64,000 nt of DNA. It comes from Promethearchaeota archaeon (GTDB lineage: Archaea > Asgardarchaeota > Hermodarchaeia > Hermodarchaeales > Hermodarchaeaceae). Positions within the stretch are counted from its first letter, which is position 1. Each line of letters opens with the position of its first letter. The stretch covers positions 32,001-96,000 of the forward strand of contig JBHLPH010000006.1 in the NCBI GenBank assembly GCA_048939625.1, in the 5' to 3' direction. A program made the position numbers and the translations under genes. Shown here one piece after another: positions 9,219 to 19,357 of this stretch. The notes under the pieces are model-generated. The model did not search any database, was not told the origin of the DNA, and saw nothing but the letters and a program-made list of their open reading frames with translations.

Positions 9219-10433
9219 TTAATTTTTTTTCACAAATTCGATTGCACCCATCTCACAGACAACGGCACAAAGCCCGCAACCATCGCATTTCTCAGGATCG
9301 ACAACAAGACGATTTCCACTCATACGGATCGCTTGATAGCCTGCATCGGCACAAGAAATCCGACACTCTTTTCCTAGTATACATTTTTCAGGATTTATTT
9401 TCGCTATGACAGGGGGGAGTTTTGGTAAATCGGTCCAAGTAGTTATTTTGGGAAGCGCCTTCCCGACGATTGTGTTAATCGAAGCATATCTTTTCTTCTT
9501 CATGAAAGCTGTCAGATTCTTTGTGAGATTTCGGATTATTGAAAAACCATACCACATAACTGCCGTGCAGATTTGGAGTGTACTCGCACCGACCATTAAG
9601 TATTCTACGGCATTTTGCCAATTTTCAATTCCACCTATCCCCGATATCGGTGTTTTGGGTAAAGCTTTAGCAATTTGTGAGACAAATCGCAAGCCTAACG
9701 GTCGGATAGCAGGACCACAAAATCCTCCGTAGGTGCTCATTGGAGCAGAGAGCTCTGAATCATATGCAAAGGGGTATGGAGTTGCGGTTTCAATATCAAT
9801 CCCGATGAGTGATTCGACAGTATTGATTGCTGACACCCCATCGGCACCTCCTTTTACTGCAGCTTTCGCAATTGGAACAATATCAGTAACATTGGGAGTT
9901 AATTTGACCAATAGAGGTAAATCGGTTCCCTTTCTTGCAGCCTTTGTAACCGTCTCCACAAGATGAGGGTTCTGTCCGATAAAGGCACCCATATGTTTCT
10001 CTGGTGATCCGTGTGGACACGAAACATTGAGTTCCAATGCGTTAACACCCGTATCTGACAAAATTTCAGCCATGGTAGTCCAGCCTTCGGGTTCGGGACT
10101 GGACATTATACTAGCGATAATGACGAAATCTTTGGGAGCTTTCGCTTTGATTTCTGGAATCCAGGAACGAGTCCATTGGGTGAGTGGATGCCTTGAGAGA
10201 AGTTCGATATTATTCATTCCAATGGGCTTTCCCTGTTTCCGTAATACTCCCAACCGCGTGCGTGGATCAACTGTAGGTTCTTCAGTTACAGTTTTTAATA
10301 CGGCCCCACCCCAACCGAGTTTGGCGGCCCGAATAACTCGTTTTGCGTCGAGGGTGGGAGGAGCTGATGAGAGCAGGAAGGGATTTTTGAATTGAATTCC
10401 CGCGAATTCAATTGCTAACTTGGGCTCTGACAT
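9219..10433 (-). CDS. preA: Dihydropyrimidine dehydrogenase subunit PreA (FMN + Fe-S)
   Basis: NPFLLSSAPP, GWGGAVLKT, NNIELLS, LELNVSCPHG, VKLTPNVTDI, SGIGGI, C-terminal Fe-S domain; GGAGG RBS. Confidence 0.93.
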   Translation of the reverse strand: MSEPKLAIEFAGIQFKNPFLLSSAPPTLDAKRVIRAAKLGWGGAVLKTVTEEPTVDPRTRLGVLRKQGKPIGMNNIELLSRHPLTQWTRSWIPEIKAKAPKDFVIIASIMSSPEPEGWTTMAEILSDTGVNALELNVSCPHGSPEKHMGAFIGQNPHLVETVTKAARKGTDLPLLVKLTPNVTDIVPIAKAAVKGGADGVSAINTVESLIGIDIETATPYPFAYDSELSAPMSTYGGFCGPAIRPLGLRFVSQIAKALPKTPISGIGGIENWQNAVEYLMVGASTLQICTAVMWYGFSIIRNLTKNLTAFMKKKRYASINTIVGKALPKITTWTDLPKLPPVIAKINPEKCILGKECRISCADAGYQAIRMSGNRLVVDPEKCDGCGLCAVVCEMGAIEFVKKN

Positions 10434-10459
10434 AGGTTTAATTTCCTCCTACTAGTTCT

Positions 10460-10477
10460 ACATAGAATGTTCCATTA
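10460..10477. promoter_or_regulatory. Imperfect palindrome in the preA/aminotransferase divergent promoter (candidate operator)
   Basis: ACATAGAATGTTCCATTA matches the reverse complement of 53243-53260 at 16/18 positions. Confidence 0.35.
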
Positions 10478-10535
10478 GATAAAGTCTTTAATTCTCGGTG
10501 AATAGTCATATGTCCGTCTGATGGAGTTGTGAGTT

Positions 10536-11873
10536 ATGGATGAAAATTTAGTTCCTGAAGATTTACGACAAGCATATTCCGCGAAAACAATTCTAGAATT
10601 AGAGAAGAAACATGTCGTTCCCGCTATCTCTCACTACTATAAAGAACCGTTACTTCTGGTTCGTGGAAAAGGGGCCAACCTTGAGGATTCGCAGGGAAAG
10701 CAGTACATCGATCTCTTTGCCGGGATTTGCACGACAATAACGGGATATGCACATCCAAAGTATATTACAACATTGAAATGGCAGCTAGACCGATTGGTCT
10801 ATACGAGTTCATTGTATGCAACAATTCCTTATGCTGTCTTAGCAAAACGTCTGGCAGATATAGCACCAAAGGGCTTAACTCAGTCGTTTATTGTCAATAG
10901 CGGCTCCGAAGCCAATGAAGCAGCACTTTTCATGGCAAAAAAATTCAAAAATAACCCCTATATTGTGGCTTGCACTCATGCCTATCATGGGCGAACAGCA
11001 CTTACACGGGAAATATCAAGCGCTGGATGGCGTACTGTACCCGAAGCACATCCACCAGGTGTTCGATTCCAACCTTACGGGTATTGTTTTCGATGTCCTT
11101 TTGGGAAAGAGTATCCTGAATGTGATATTCAATGCGCACGATATCTCCGAGAGCTCATCCGCACCCAAACCAACAAAGCAGTAGCGGCCTTTATTGTCGA
11201 ACCGATTCAAGGAGTTGGTGGCATCATACAACCTCCACCCGAATTCTTTCAAATTACTTATGAAATCGTCAAGGAATTTGGTGGATTATTTATCTCTGAT
11301 GAAGTGCAAACTGGATTTGGCCGGACAGGCAATAAATGGTGGGGCATCCAGCATACGGGAGCTAATCCGGATATCATTACGCTAGCTAAAGGTTTTGGAA
11401 GCGGAATTCCGATTGGTGGATTCTTAACCCGACCTGAATATGCCGCTGAATATACTACAACCGACAGCTTTGCCACTTTTGGTGGAAATCCTTTATCTTG
11501 TGCGGGAGCTATCGCTGTTGTTGACATAATCAAGGAGAGTAATTACCTTGAACGGGCAGCCACAAATGGAGCGTATCTGAGAAAACAGCTAGACGCACTT
11601 AAACACGATCACAGAATTGTGGGTGAAGTTCGTGGGCAGGGAATGATGCAAGGGATTGAACTAATACGAAATCAAAAAACCAAGGAACCAGCCCCACAAG
11701 AGCTACTCAGCGTAATGGAACATTGTAAAACAGATGGTCTTCTCATTGGCAAAGGAGGCATCGATGGAAACGTAATTCGAATCCAACCCCCGCTAGAGCT
11801 TACAAAAGAACAAATCGATTTAGCTTATCAGATTTTGGATAAAGCGTTCAGCACGGTCGAGAAAACACTTTAG
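10536..11873 (+). CDS. Class III PLP aminotransferase, probably beta-alanine/3-aminoisobutyrate aminotransferase (AGXT2/PydD-like)
   Basis: YIDLFAGI, NSGSEANE, YHGRT, EPIQGVGG, DEVQTGFGRTG, LAKG, TFGGNP; sits inside the pyrimidine cluster. Confidence 0.88.
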   Translation: MDENLVPEDLRQAYSAKTILELEKKHVVPAISHYYKEPLLLVRGKGANLEDSQGKQYIDLFAGICTTITGYAHPKYITTLKWQLDRLVYTSSLYATIPYAVLAKRLADIAPKGLTQSFIVNSGSEANEAALFMAKKFKNNPYIVACTHAYHGRTALTREISSAGWRTVPEAHPPGVRFQPYGYCFRCPFGKEYPECDIQCARYLRELIRTQTNKAVAAFIVEPIQGVGGIIQPPPEFFQITYEIVKEFGGLFISDEVQTGFGRTGNKWWGIQHTGANPDIITLAKGFGSGIPIGGFLTRPEYAAEYTTTDSFATFGGNPLSCAGAIAVVDIIKESNYLERAATNGAYLRKQLDALKHDHRIVGEVRGQGMMQGIELIRNQKTKEPAPQELLSVMEHCKTDGLLIGKGGIDGNVIRIQPPLELTKEQIDLAYQILDKAFSTVEKTL

Positions 11874-12745
11874 ATATCACATAGATTCTTGTATAGATCA
11901 GGGCGGCGATCCCGGAAGAATTGCCAAGTGGAGCGAACTTCCTTAATCATATCCAAATTAATATCCACAATGAGGAGCTCGTCTTTATCAGGCGAGGCTT
12001 GTTTGACAATCTCACCACGTGGATTTGCTACATATGAGCTTCCATAGAAGGTGCCCATTTTCCAGGGACTCTCTCCAACTCGATTTATGGCAGCAATGAA
12101 ATAGCCATTGGCTACGGCGTGTGCTGGTTGTTCAAGTGCCCATAGATGATCTGAAAGTCCTTGGACCGTTGCGGAGGGATTGAATACAATTTCTGCCCCA
12201 TTCAGTCCTAAGGCACGTGCGCCTTCGGGAAAATGTCTATCATAGCAGATATAGATCCCAATTTTCCCATACTGAGTTTCAAATACTGGGTATCCTATAT
12301 TTCCCGGTTTAAAATAGAACTTTTCCCAAAACCCAGGACCCAGATGGGGAATGTGGGTTTTTCGATATTTACCAAGTAATTGTCCTTGATTGTCGAGAAT
12401 AATCGCCGTGTTATAATAAACGCCTGGCATATCTTCTTCGTACATAGGAGCAATTAGTATGAGGTTGTTACTTTTCGCTAATCGGCTCATTCGGTCACTT
12501 AGTGGACCGGGAATCGGTTCGGCGAATTTGTACCAAAGTGGTTTTTGTTCTGCACAGAAATATGGTCCAAAGAATAGCTCCTGGAAACAAAGAACCTGCA
12601 CACCTTTTTTTGCTGCGGTTTCAGCAAAGGTTTCGTGTTTCTGAATCATTTTTTCCATGTTTTTACGAATGGTTTTTTCATCTGAAATGGCGCCTTCCCA
12701 ATGAGCTTGAACCAAGCCAATACGAACGTTTCGCATTTTTTGCAC
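11870..12745 (-). CDS. pydC: Beta-ureidopropionase (nitrilase superfamily)
   Basis: CFQELF, YRKTHIP, FWEKFYFKPG, ICYDRHFPE, WQFFRDRRP. Confidence 0.88.
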   Translation of the reverse strand: MQKMRNVRIGLVQAHWEGAISDEKTIRKNMEKMIQKHETFAETAAKKGVQVLCFQELFFGPYFCAEQKPLWYKFAEPIPGPLSDRMSRLAKSNNLILIAPMYEEDMPGVYYNTAIILDNQGQLLGKYRKTHIPHLGPGFWEKFYFKPGNIGYPVFETQYGKIGIYICYDRHFPEGARALGLNGAEIVFNPSATVQGLSDHLWALEQPAHAVANGYFIAAINRVGESPWKMGTFYGSSYVANPRGEIVKQASPDKDELLIVDINLDMIKEVRSTWQFFRDRRPDLYKNLCDI

Positions 12746-12840
12746 CTTTAAAGAAAGAGTAAGCTAGTCTTTGGTTCTTTCCAGATTTAGAGATTTCCCA
12801 AAACCATAAAGGGTAACAATGCGATGAAAAAAGCGGAGTT

Positions 12841-14244
12841 GTGCGATTTATGCAGTTGGATATGGTTGTTCAGAACGGTACAATTGTAACAGCCACTGAA
12901 ATGCTTCAGGCGGATGTTGGAATAAAAGATGGCAAAATTGTGGCTGTGAATAATGAGCTGAAAACCAACGCAGATACCCACATTGTAGACGCTAAAGGTA
13001 AGTACGTTTTCCCAGGAGCCATTGACGTACACGTACATTTACAGTTGCCTTTTGGCGGGACTATTTCAGCAGATGATTTTGAGAATGGAACCAAAGCGGC
13101 CGCAATGGGTGGTGTTACAACGGTCATTGATTTTGCAATTCAACAGAAAGGACATTCCATCATGGAAGCGGTGAAGGCTCGTAGGAAAGAAGCAGACGGG
13201 AGAGTGTGTATCGATTATGGGTTACATGCTGCAATTACTGATTGGAACCCACAGACCCAAGCAGAAATCAAAGAAATTATCGAATACGGAATTCCTACCT
13301 TCAAGATGTTCATGATCTACAAAGAGGAAGGTTGGATGGCTGATGATGGTATGCTCTTTCAAGCCCTTGAAGAGACGAAGAAGTATGGGGGGATGATTGG
13401 AGTTCATGCAGAAAGTGTTGACGTTCTCGATATGCTCATTGAACGATATGCTCAAGAGAAGGACAAATGGGGAGCATACGCACATACACTGTCCCGGCCA
13501 TATTTTACGGAATCAGAGGCAGTGCAGCGCGCCATCAAATGGGCCGAAGTGACTGGTGGACGCTTGTATATTGTGCACATGTCTGCAGGAGAAAGTGCCC
13601 AGTATGTGCGTGAGGCTCGAGAAAGGGGGGTCCATGTATACGCTGAAACTTGTCCACAATACCTTCTTCTTGATGATTCTGTCTTCAAAGGAGAAAATGG
13701 CCACCTATATGCGACCTGTCCACAAATTAAGAAAAAAGAGGATGGCACTCGACTCTGGCAGGGCCTAATTAATGGTGAAATTCAAGTGGTCGCTACGGAT
13801 ACCTGTACTTTCGATACGAAACAAAAAGCCATGTGGGAAGGAGATTTCCGTAAGATTCCCTTTGGACTTCCTGGTGTAGAGACGATGTTTCCACTCCTGT
13901 ATACTGAAGGAGTCGGTAAAGAGCACTTTTCTTTAAACCACCTAGTAAAACTGGTGAGCACTAACCCGGCGAAAATCTTTGGAATGTTTCCAGAGAAAGG
14001 AACAATTAATCCAGGGAGTGATGCCGACCTTGTTGTGTTTGATCCGAACAAGAAAGTGACCCTGCATGCAACAGATCTACAAACAAATTGCGATTGGAGC
14101 CCCTTCGAAGGTTGGAAATTGACAGGCTATCCGCAAACTACAATCTCTCGTGGAAAAATCGTTGTTTCTAATGGGAAATTTGTCGGTGACTGTGATCATG
14201 GACGGTTCCTGCACCGTCAAGCGGTTAAAAAACTGGACATCTAG
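12841..14244 (+). CDS. hydA: Dihydropyrimidinase (D-hydantoinase)
   Basis: PGAIDVHVH, GGVTTVIDF, FKMFM, VHAES, YIVHMS, ETCPQYL, KIPFGLPGVE, GSDADLVVFDP. Confidence 0.94.
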   Translation: MRFMQLDMVVQNGTIVTATEMLQADVGIKDGKIVAVNNELKTNADTHIVDAKGKYVFPGAIDVHVHLQLPFGGTISADDFENGTKAAAMGGVTTVIDFAIQQKGHSIMEAVKARRKEADGRVCIDYGLHAAITDWNPQTQAEIKEIIEYGIPTFKMFMIYKEEGWMADDGMLFQALEETKKYGGMIGVHAESVDVLDMLIERYAQEKDKWGAYAHTLSRPYFTESEAVQRAIKWAEVTGGRLYIVHMSAGESAQYVREARERGVHVYAETCPQYLLLDDSVFKGENGHLYATCPQIKKKEDGTRLWQGLINGEIQVVATDTCTFDTKQKAMWEGDFRKIPFGLPGVETMFPLLYTEGVGKEHFSLNHLVKLVSTNPAKIFGMFPEKGTINPGSDADLVVFDPNKKVTLHATDLQTNCDWSPFEGWKLTGYPQTTISRGKIVVSNGKFVGDCDHGRFLHRQAVKKLDI

Positions 14245-14245
14245 G

Positions 14246-14716
14246 TTAGTTTCTTAACCCAGATTTTTTTTGAGGTTCGGATTGCAGTATGACTTCTTCT
14301 TGTCCTGTGTTTCTTTCAATTGATCCTTTTCGCAGGAACCGGATTTGTGATATCGCAGATGTAGGTGGCACTCCCTGCCGAAGTACTAGATAAAGCGCGA
14401 GGATCATGCCGGTTCGACCCAAGCCTCCTTGGCAATGGACAAGTGTTGGCATATCGTTGGCTTGAAATTCGTCAATGATTCGTAGAGCGGCGGTTCGTTC
14501 TTCCAACGAGCCTGCTGTATAATCAGGAATGGGATTTGTTTTCACTTGGAAGCCTAATTGTTGAGCCTTATGTAGGTCTTGTGAGCTTAAAGGCTGGAGG
14601 GAAAGAATCGCCCGAATTCCCTTTGAGTGATATAGCCACTCGAGACAAGGTCCAGGATAGCAGGACCCAGCAAGTTTCCCATTCATTAGCCAATAAAATC
14701 CACAAGTATCTACCAT
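14246..14716 (-). CDS. Dual-specificity protein phosphatase (Cys-based PTP fold)
   Basis: VHCQGGLGRTG (CX5R), IPDY acid loop, R-x-GSIE...Q. Confidence 0.9.
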   Translation of the reverse strand: MVDTCGFYWLMNGKLAGSCYPGPCLEWLYHSKGIRAILSLQPLSSQDLHKAQQLGFQVKTNPIPDYTAGSLEERTAALRIIDEFQANDMPTLVHCQGGLGRTGMILALYLVLRQGVPPTSAISQIRFLRKGSIERNTGQEEVILQSEPQKKSGLRN

Positions 14717-14815
14717 GTCAGTCACTTTAGTACATGTTAGGTTCCAGTAAATAGATTTATACATATATCCGAGATTCTTGTCGTTCTGGGTGAAGATTCT
14801 GAGATGTGGTAGACG

Positions 14816-15637
14816 ATGGTGAAAGTGGTATTAATGGAAATTGGAGAAGATGCAACGACATCTTTTCGAGAAGCCCTTCAACTTTTAGGAGGTATCCCCG
14901 ATTTCAACACGTCCCAACGTGAGGTGTTGTACAAACTGGGAGTATTTGACCCGAGACAAGAAGCGTATACAACGATACCCATTGCTCGTGCCGTCGTAGA
15001 GAATTTTTCCCAGGCACCAAAGATTTGGTTAATTGAATCCGATAACTATCGGGGTACGGGCACAGAGCGCCTTCAAATATGGAAGTCTCTCTTTTCAGAA
15101 CGAGTTGTGCCCTTCAATCTCTCTGAAGATACTGAAATGAAGCATGTTGATATCGCAGGAGAGGAGATGCCCCTTTCACATCTACTCTTTGAAGATCGTG
15201 TCCTCATTAGCTCACACATCTTAAGGCGCTATTCTAAAGGGTCTGTGATAAAGAACCTTTTTGGATTAGCTCCAATGCGCAAGAAAGCTGTGTACCATAA
15301 AAAGCTAGAATCAGTAGTTCTTGGTTTATTCAAGGCGGTTGGGGGAATCGATTTGGCGGTCATCGATGGAACAACGGTATTGCCAAGCCCTGCAGCTAAA
15401 AAAGAGAAGCGGATTCCAGTGAATATGTTTCTTGTTGGTCGGGATGCGGTTGCTGTTGATGCTGTTGGTTTCGCACTCTTGAATAAAGATCCGATGAAAA
15501 GTAAAATGTTGAAAATGGCTAACGAGCAAGGGTTAGGTGAAGCCCATCTCGAAAAGATAGATATCGTTGGGAAAGATTTGGAAGAAGTTCGCGATCAAAT
15601 TCAAGAAAAGATGAAAACAAGACTCAAGACAAAGTAA
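14816..15637 (+). CDS. DUF362 family protein
   Basis: IKNLFG, LAVIDG, GRDAVAVDAVG, GLGEAHLEKIDIVG. Confidence 0.75.
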   Translation: MVKVVLMEIGEDATTSFREALQLLGGIPDFNTSQREVLYKLGVFDPRQEAYTTIPIARAVVENFSQAPKIWLIESDNYRGTGTERLQIWKSLFSERVVPFNLSEDTEMKHVDIAGEEMPLSHLLFEDRVLISSHILRRYSKGSVIKNLFGLAPMRKKAVYHKKLESVVLGLFKAVGGIDLAVIDGTTVLPSPAAKKEKRIPVNMFLVGRDAVAVDAVGFALLNKDPMKSKMLKMANEQGLGEAHLEKIDIVGKDLEEVRDQIQEKMKTRLKTK

Positions 15638-15653
15638 AAGTAATGATAATAGA

Positions 15654-16793
15654 TTACAGAGATTTTTGGAGAATCTTGAATGTTTCTGTGATGCGTGGAT
15701 GCCACTCATGATATAGTTCAAGGCGACGTTGATCAGCCTTTAAGAACTTGGCAATTGCTGGGGATTGCAGTATCTGATTGAGAATTAGGGCCTTATTGAG
15801 ATAGGGAATTGAGGCATTAATCGTTGATTCCCAGATTGCCAAAGCCTCCTCTGCTTGTTGAAAAGCTAACGGCAGAGTGTCGACAGGAAACGGATTCGGG
15901 ATTAACCCCTCGACTGTTTGTGCGGGATTAAGCCCTATCGTAACAAGAATTTGCTCAACGGGGGTGTCCTTTGGCAGAACAGCATTCCAAAGATCGGATT
16001 GTTCGTTAATCAATATGGAATAGACTTGTGAGCGGAGTTGAACGAATTGCCGAAGATGTTCTATCCCATCAATGAGTTGAGCGATGAACCGTTGATTCAT
16101 CTTAAGGACTTCTGGTGAATAGGTTGAGACACCATCGGATTCTGTGACAAACATCGGCATAACAGATACGACTTGAGCAATTGTATCCAAGTATCGAGCA
16201 AACTGTTGCAGAGTAATGGAAGGATCCCCTTGAGTGTCAATTTCTTGAAGAATCGTAGAAAGGGGCACAAAGAAGTCGCGACGGGCATTCGCTTCCCACG
16301 CACTAGCAATTTGTTCGATATTTGATAAAAATGGGCCGCCAAATCGTTCGATTAGATTGGAGAAAAAGGAGTAATCGTTAATGAGTTGATGAGCAGTAAC
16401 AATCAGTCGGTCCACTTCTTGTGCTGCATCTTCTAAAACCCAACGAAGGTAATTTTGGTCAAATTGCTTCTTTTGTAAGATTTGAGATGCGGTGATTTGG
16501 CGATTCTCGTATGCGTGGAGTTCTCGTTGATTTGCGCCTAGATTTTTTAAGAGCCCCAGGGTGTGATTCACCCATTTTTGCACATGGGTTGTATATTGTT
16601 GGACATAGAGGAGAACTTTGAGGAGAGACTGTAACCATTCGGTTTCAAGACGGACCGTTGTATCCGGCTCTTGTAGAATAGTCTTCAGCTGGTCAACATT
16701 GTATATTCCAGAATCTACTTGAAATAAAGCAACTATGTAATCACGGACCGTTTCAGTATGACGAGTGAACGCCTGAAGAACAGAAATCATCAT
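15654..16793 (-). CDS. Hypothetical alpha-helical protein
   Basis: 379-aa uninterrupted ORF, Gln/Leu-rich with amphipathic pattern; no motif recognised. Confidence 0.75.
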   Translation of the reverse strand: MMISVLQAFTRHTETVRDYIVALFQVDSGIYNVDQLKTILQEPDTTVRLETEWLQSLLKVLLYVQQYTTHVQKWVNHTLGLLKNLGANQRELHAYENRQITASQILQKKQFDQNYLRWVLEDAAQEVDRLIVTAHQLINDYSFFSNLIERFGGPFLSNIEQIASAWEANARRDFFVPLSTILQEIDTQGDPSITLQQFARYLDTIAQVVSVMPMFVTESDGVSTYSPEVLKMNQRFIAQLIDGIEHLRQFVQLRSQVYSILINEQSDLWNAVLPKDTPVEQILVTIGLNPAQTVEGLIPNPFPVDTLPLAFQQAEEALAIWESTINASIPYLNKALILNQILQSPAIAKFLKADQRRLELYHEWHPRITETFKILQKSL

Positions 16794-16925
16794 TTTTCTC
16801 TCTCAATTAGTATGTAAAGGCGTTTCGGAGGTCATGCTAGAGGTTGCATATTAGTTAAGAACAGATTATCCACTTTTTTGCTATAAGCTTAGGGGGTTTT
16901 TGTGCCTAATTGACACTCATTTAGT

Positions 16926-18263
16926 GTGAAAACCATACCCAGCCAAGCACCAAACCTACTCTCAAGAAAAGAAAAAACACCCTTCCCACGACCAAGTCCG
17001 GATGATATTTTTCACCACATCGAAACTAAACGAGCCCGTTTAATCGCAGTATTGGGAGACCTAATTCGCATACCGACGGTTGTTCCACCCGGAAGCAATT
17101 ACGAAGAAATCGTTACTTACCTTGAAACCCAACTCCAGAAACTAAAATTCCAAACCAAACGCGTTATTGTGCCAACAGAAGAAATCGCAAAAATCCCACT
17201 TCCGTTAGAAGGTCCACGAATTAATCTAGTTGCCCGACAAACCCATCAGCGCCAAGAAGTCGTAACGATTTATGCGCACATGGATGTCGTTCCAACCGAA
17301 GAGCCTTGGACAAAAGACCCATTCAATCCCGTGGTTGAAGACGGCAAGCTCTTTGGACGTGGCGCTATTGATATGAAAGGCAGCATCGCAGTCATTCTGT
17401 TAGCTATGGAAGTCATTCACGAGCTTAAGCTTCGACCCCATTTTAATTTGGTGTGCACCTTCTGTACAGACGAAGAAATTGGCATGTATCCCGGTATCTT
17501 CCATCTTGCAAAGGAGGGGTATGTTCAAGGTCATGTTATCAACACTGAACTTGGTGGTCAGGTCCCAGTTATTGTCGCTGGTGTTGCTGGAAATGTGGAT
17601 GTGACACTAACAGTAAAGGGTCGAAGCTGTCATTCGGGGATGAACTTCATGGGCATCAATGCTATTGAAGCAACGATTCCGATTCTCACCGAGCTCCTGA
17701 AACTGAAAAACGAAGTTGAAAAACGCGAATCAGCTATACCACTTATTCCGCTTTTACGATCACTCGGAGCACCTTCCGATAAGGTCACGCCCATGTTTAA
17801 TATCGACATTATCCAAGGAGGAACGAAGAGCAACATCGTTCCAGCGGAATGTCAGGTTGTCATCAATCGTCGCTACATTCCGGAAGAAACCTATGAACAA
17901 GTCGTTGAAGAAATCAAACAAGCCATTACCCGCGGAAAAACGAACAGTAAAGCCGTCAGTGTTGAGACAGCTATTATTCACACCTATCGTCCATTCAAAG
18001 CCGATACAACCAGCCAGCACGCATTGAAGATGCGAGAGGCGCTCAAAGCCGTTCACAATTATCAAGACAGCGACTTCATCTTCGGGGGTGGAGCTGCTTC
18101 AACGGATATGGGCTTCATCACCCAAGGGTGTGGCATTGACAAAATCATTGGCATCGGTGCAGCATCGCTTGATAATCTTTCAGCCCACAAGCCGGATGAA
18201 TGGGTGCGCATTGATGATCTCATCAATATGGCTAAGCAGCTAGTCCACTACCTTTGCCTTTAG
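16926..18263 (+). CDS. M20 family metallopeptidase/deacylase (ArgE/DapE-like)
   Basis: YAHMDVVP, GRGAIDMKG, DEEIG, GRSCHSG, GGTKSNIVP, AHKPDE. Confidence 0.92.
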   Translation: MKTIPSQAPNLLSRKEKTPFPRPSPDDIFHHIETKRARLIAVLGDLIRIPTVVPPGSNYEEIVTYLETQLQKLKFQTKRVIVPTEEIAKIPLPLEGPRINLVARQTHQRQEVVTIYAHMDVVPTEEPWTKDPFNPVVEDGKLFGRGAIDMKGSIAVILLAMEVIHELKLRPHFNLVCTFCTDEEIGMYPGIFHLAKEGYVQGHVINTELGGQVPVIVAGVAGNVDVTLTVKGRSCHSGMNFMGINAIEATIPILTELLKLKNEVEKRESAIPLIPLLRSLGAPSDKVTPMFNIDIIQGGTKSNIVPAECQVVINRRYIPEETYEQVVEEIKQAITRGKTNSKAVSVETAIIHTYRPFKADTTSQHALKMREALKAVHNYQDSDFIFGGGAASTDMGFITQGCGIDKIIGIGAASLDNLSAHKPDEWVRIDDLINMAKQLVHYLCL

Positions 18264-18391
18264 TTCTGGCTTTACCGCGTGTCTATGCCACAACTATTTT
18301 AGACCTTCAAAAATGCGCAAAAAACTTAGTTCAGTGATGCCTTATCCAACAACTTAATTGATGAAATCCGTTAAGCTTGGAGCGAGATTCA

Positions 18392-19285
18392 ATGGCAAAA
18401 GAATTCTTGGAACCCATTACTGACCAGATATTCCTCGTTCAAGGCGAGAATGAAGGCCGATTTCCTCGAGCTCACTCAGTCCTTATTTTAGCAGAAGAAA
18501 CAGTATTAATCGATACTGGCTGTGGGATTGCCCGGTTAGAAGCACTCAACCGTGAATTTGAGATTGATTGCGTTATCAATTCACATACACATGTCGATCA
18601 CTCCGCAGGAAACTGGGTATTCCAAGATCTTCGTATTTTTGTCCCCCAAGAAGCCTTTAGCACAAGTGGTGATCTCATCGGACTTTCCAAACGATTTGTC
18701 GGTGATGTCCTTGCACCAATTTGGCGACGATTTGCCCAAACCCAGATGGGATTCCAAAACTGTCGGCCCACGCATAGCTATAATGAAAATACACCCTTCC
18801 AATTTGGGCAGATAGTTCTCACACCGCTATATACACCAGGACATACGATTGACCATTACTGCCTTTACTATGAACCGAAGCGCATTCTGTTTTCCTTTGA
18901 TTATGACCTCACCTCGTTTCCTTGGTATGGCCACGAAGAATCTAGCTTGAAAAAGTTTCGCCAATCGATCGCTCGTCTGAAGCAGATACCCACCAAAATG
19001 GTGGTCTCCTCTCACCGAGGAATCATAACTTCAAAAATTTCTTCCGAATGGAAGACATATTCCGGTCGACTCGATGAGCGGAATGTTAGAATCCTCGATT
19101 TACTCGATTCGCCTAAAACATTAGACCAGCTAGTTGAATCTAAACCAATCTATGGACGATTTCCATATCAAGAACCCCTTTTGCGATACTGGGAGCGAAT
19201 TATGATTCGGCTTCACCTAGAAGAACTCCAAGAAGTTGGTAAAATTCAACTCCAAAATGATAGATTCAGTCTTCAAAAAAAGTGA
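18392..19285 (+). CDS. Metallo-beta-lactamase fold hydrolase
   Basis: LIDTGCG, SHTHVDH, TPGHT, SSHRG. Confidence 0.88.
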   Translation: MAKEFLEPITDQIFLVQGENEGRFPRAHSVLILAEETVLIDTGCGIARLEALNREFEIDCVINSHTHVDHSAGNWVFQDLRIFVPQEAFSTSGDLIGLSKRFVGDVLAPIWRRFAQTQMGFQNCRPTHSYNENTPFQFGQIVLTPLYTPGHTIDHYCLYYEPKRILFSFDYDLTSFPWYGHEESSLKKFRQSIARLKQIPTKMVVSSHRGIITSKISSEWKTYSGRLDERNVRILDLLDSPKTLDQLVESKPIYGRFPYQEPLLRYWERIMIRLHLEELQEVGKIQLQNDRFSLQKK

Positions 19286-19310
19286 GCGAGGGGAGATGAG
19301 CTCTCCCCTC
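19275..19310 (-). terminator. Hairpin terminator downstream of the 80-aa exported protein gene (may also serve the convergent MBL gene)
   Basis: GAGGGGAGA-TGAGC-TCTCCCCTC (9-bp stem, 19288-19310) followed on the minus strand by a T7 run. Confidence 0.65.
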
Positions 19311-19357
19311 CAATTGTGTCGGATAGGCGGAACATTCCCTTTGCCATTCTAACGATG

